Assembly (NCBI GenBank): GCA_051294375.1
Contig: CM119267.1
Coordinates: 624,403 to 688,402 of the forward strand
Origin: Paraspadella gotoi
Lineage: Eukaryota; Animalia; Chaetognatha
Reading direction: 5' to 3'
DNA length: 64,000 nucleotides
Shown here: positions 61,395 through 64,000 of the stretch, in pieces
Layout of the letters: the number at the start of each line of letters is the position of its first letter
Numbering within the stretch: position 1 is the stretch's first letter
Made by a program: the position numbers and the translations under genes
Notes under the pieces: generated by a model
Database searches by the model: none
Told to the model about the DNA's origin: nothing
Seen by the model: only the letters and a program-made list of their open reading frames with translations

Positions 61395-62335
61395 CTCTCT
61401 TCTCAAGAGCTGAACAGCAACGGCGCAAAGAATACTTGGCTGCCCTCAATATCCAGGCTTGGTTCCGGGATCCAGAGTCAGAAAATATCTCAACATACTT
61501 AACTTTTCGGTCAGTCTGAATCGATTGATTGATTGATTGATTTAATAATTGTAAATTGATTGATTACTTAATCGTTAAATCAGAGACTGAATGATTAGTT
61601 ATAAATAATCGACTGATTTGTAATTGATTAAGTTCGTAATAACCGATAACTAATTATTTAATAATGAACGAATAATCCAGGCGACTGAGATCCAGGATTT
61701 GGCGAGGTTATTTAGGGCGGCGGATCTACCGCCAGATGGTGCGCAACGCAGTTCTCGAGATGAGGGCTCGTTACTTTGACCTCCTGGCGGTGAAAGTGCA
61801 AACCATTTGGAGAGGATACTACGTCAGAAAATACGTTCACAATTATTACGCGCTTAAAAAGCATTTAAAGGTTTGGGAGTTTGTGATAAAGGAAGTGATA
61901 GGAAGTTAGAAGTGATAAAGGGTGAGATGAAAAATGCTGCGATCTTTAGAAGTGGAATGAAAACTGATAGGATAACGAATTGTATTGACGATGATAATTT
62001 TAATGATAAAATCATCATCAGTGACACAACCTGATAACGTTTTATCATTGTCGTTTTTTCAGGAAGTTGAAATCATCAACGAAAAAGTGAGAGAAAAATT
62101 GGAAGAAATTGAAGAAGAAGAAAAACAGAAAGAAAGAAGAGAAAAAGAGAAAGAGAATATCAAAGGTAATTCATTGTTCTTAAAAGTATATTAATTAGAG
62201 ATTAGATTAGATTAGAGATTATTATTAATTTGCTACATTAATTAAATATTTTAAACTCAAAAAAATTTTCCTGTTTCAACAATTTATGAAGCATGCAGAA
62301 TTTGGGGGGAGGTAACCCTTTAACATCTATTGTAT

Positions 62336-62413
<78 letters not shown>

Positions 62414-63012
62414 TATAAATTTTTCTAACTCTTCACTTACCATATCTCAAAGTTCAAATTATCTTTTCAGTCTGAAATTTTTTTCTAATTAGACTTTGAA
62501 CGACGCAAAGTCGAAACATCATCTCATCTCTACGTTTGTTACACCCGGCGTGTTTAATCGACCCTATAAAGGTGAAGATGTGGCGAATCCTTAGTTTTGT
62601 GCCGAATTACTGAATATCGATAAAAATAAATAAATGAATAATGAATAAACAATAAATAAATAAAACATTTTTTTCCAGATTACCCTGAAGAGACGAGTTT
62701 CGCCTCGAGCCGTCGCCTCTCTGGTGCGTCGGAGAAAAGAAAGAGGAGAAGGAGAAGAGGACAGAGAGAAGGGAGAGAGAGAGAGAGACGTTGCCACCCA
62801 TCGTAGGGCCAACCTCAGGGTCCCTCAGAAGCCCAAAAGAGGTTAAGTTTTGAATTTCTCTTTAGATTCTTTCTAGGTTTTAATGTTTTCGAATTAACTG
62901 TGTTGCTCTTTCGTTTCAGGTTCACCTCCAGCGCCATCGTCCGTTCTCTTTGTTATGTCAATCCTCTCGCACCCACTCTCAACTCTGCCGGACGTACAAA
63001 ACCGTCTTTCCC
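60777..63012 (+). CDS. SPATA17: Spermatogenesis-associated protein 17 (IQ-motif ciliary protein), partial; 3' end lost in gaps
   Basis: Exons 60777-60847, 61408-61509, 61681-61870, 62063-62165, 62493-62571, ~62679-62821, ~62920 onward. IQ motifs AALNIQAWFRGSRVRKY, EIQ..WRGYLGR, AVKVQTIWRGYYVRKYVHNYYALKKHLK; KHHLISTFVTPGVFN. Several indels. Confidence 0.82.
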
Positions 63013-63596
63013 NNNNNNNNNNNNNNNNNNNNNNNNNCATTTTTTTCCAGATTACCCTGAGGAGACCGAGTTTCGCCTTCGAGCCGTGCGCTCTCTGGTG
63101 GCGTCGGAGAAAAGACAAGAGGAGAAGGAGGNNNNNNNNNNNNNNNNNNNNNNNNNNNNNNNNNNNNNNNNNNNNNNNNNNNNNNNNNNNNNNNNNNNNN
63201 NNNNNNNNNNNNNNNNNNNNNNNNNNNNNNNNNNNNNNNNNNNNNNNNNNNNNNNNNNNNNNNNNNNNNNNNNNNNNNNNNNNNNNNNNNNNNNNNNNNN
63301 NNNNNNNNNNNNNNNNNNNNNNNNNNNNNNNNNNNNNNNNNNNNNNNNNNNNNNNNNATCGTAGGGCCAAAACCTCAGGGTCCCTTCAGAAGCCCAAAAG
63401 AGGTTAAGTTTTGAATTTCTCTTTTAGATTCTTTCTAGGTTTTAATGTTTTCGAATTAACTGTGTTGCTCTTTCGTTTCAGGTTCACCTCCAGCGCNNNN
63501 NNNNNNNNNNNNNNNNNNNNNNNNNNNNNNNNNNNNNNNNNNNNNNNNNNNNNNNNNNNNNNNNNNNNNNNNNNNNNNNNNNNNNNNNNNNNNNNN
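63013..63596. other. Assembly gaps with re-read (duplicated) SPATA17 exons
   Basis: N runs at 63013-63037, 63132-63357 and 63497-63596; flanking sequence repeats 62666-62935. Confidence 0.9.
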
Positions 63597-64000
63597 CATC
63601 TGACGACGTTCAACGAAATGGTTTCTATAGTTAGTAATTCTCTAACTTTGTATTTTTTCGTTTTTTGGTCTGCGTCCGTACTACGGCCAGACAAATATGT
63701 TTTTTCGTTTTTTGATTTTTTTGTTTTGTCCTGCGTCCGTAACTGCGGCCAGGACTAGTCTGCGTCCGTTCTATACGGCCAGACGTTTTTTATCTTAAAG
63801 CTTACGGGGGCGCAGAAGTTTTTTCAATTTTTTGTGCGACGGCCCCGGTCGCAGAAAAGTTAAAGTTTTTCTTTTTTTTGAAACGCTTACGGCGTTTTTA
63901 AAGTAAAATATATTTAGAGAATTTTTTAATAAATAACCGAGCGTTTTTTGTTATACGGGTTTTAATTTATTAAATGATTAGGATAATTTTTTATATTATT

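Noticed and set aside
63038-63496. Tandem duplication of SPATA17 exons
   Set aside because: Bounded by N-gaps; an assembly artefact

Overview
Eukaryotic (animal, invertebrate-like) genomic window, AT- and microsatellite-rich, with four N-gaps and frequent 1-nt indels that are probably assembly errors. I reconstructed nine intron-containing protein genes by hand, all on the + strand: RTEL1 (3' part), METTL3, cyclin A, a cytosolic sulfotransferase, a BTB-BACK protein (with a likely second upstream set of first exons), a STYXL1-like rhodanese/pseudophosphatase, a divergent SNAP-25-like SNARE, FAM166C/CIMIP2C and SPATA17 (partial). The non-coding highlights are not visible in the ORF track: (1) a 2.5-kb DIRS-type element in the sulfotransferase intron, with inverted terminal repeats and a complete internal complementary region (ICR) but no RT or tyrosine recombinase, and with the ICR apparently inside an intron-like segment of a gag-like region; (2) a minimal Penelope-type hammerhead ribozyme nested between 18-bp inverted repeats; (3) two paralogous SNORA15-like H/ACA snoRNAs in RTEL1 and cyclin A introns; (4) a SINE-like repeat carrying a twister-like motif; (5) a ~324-bp element present both in tandem and as 5'-truncated dispersed copies; (6) RFX X-boxes around a ciliary gene cluster; (7) an unusually high share of AAG/GAG splice acceptors. 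All calls come from reading the sequence and recalled family knowledge; no searches were run.
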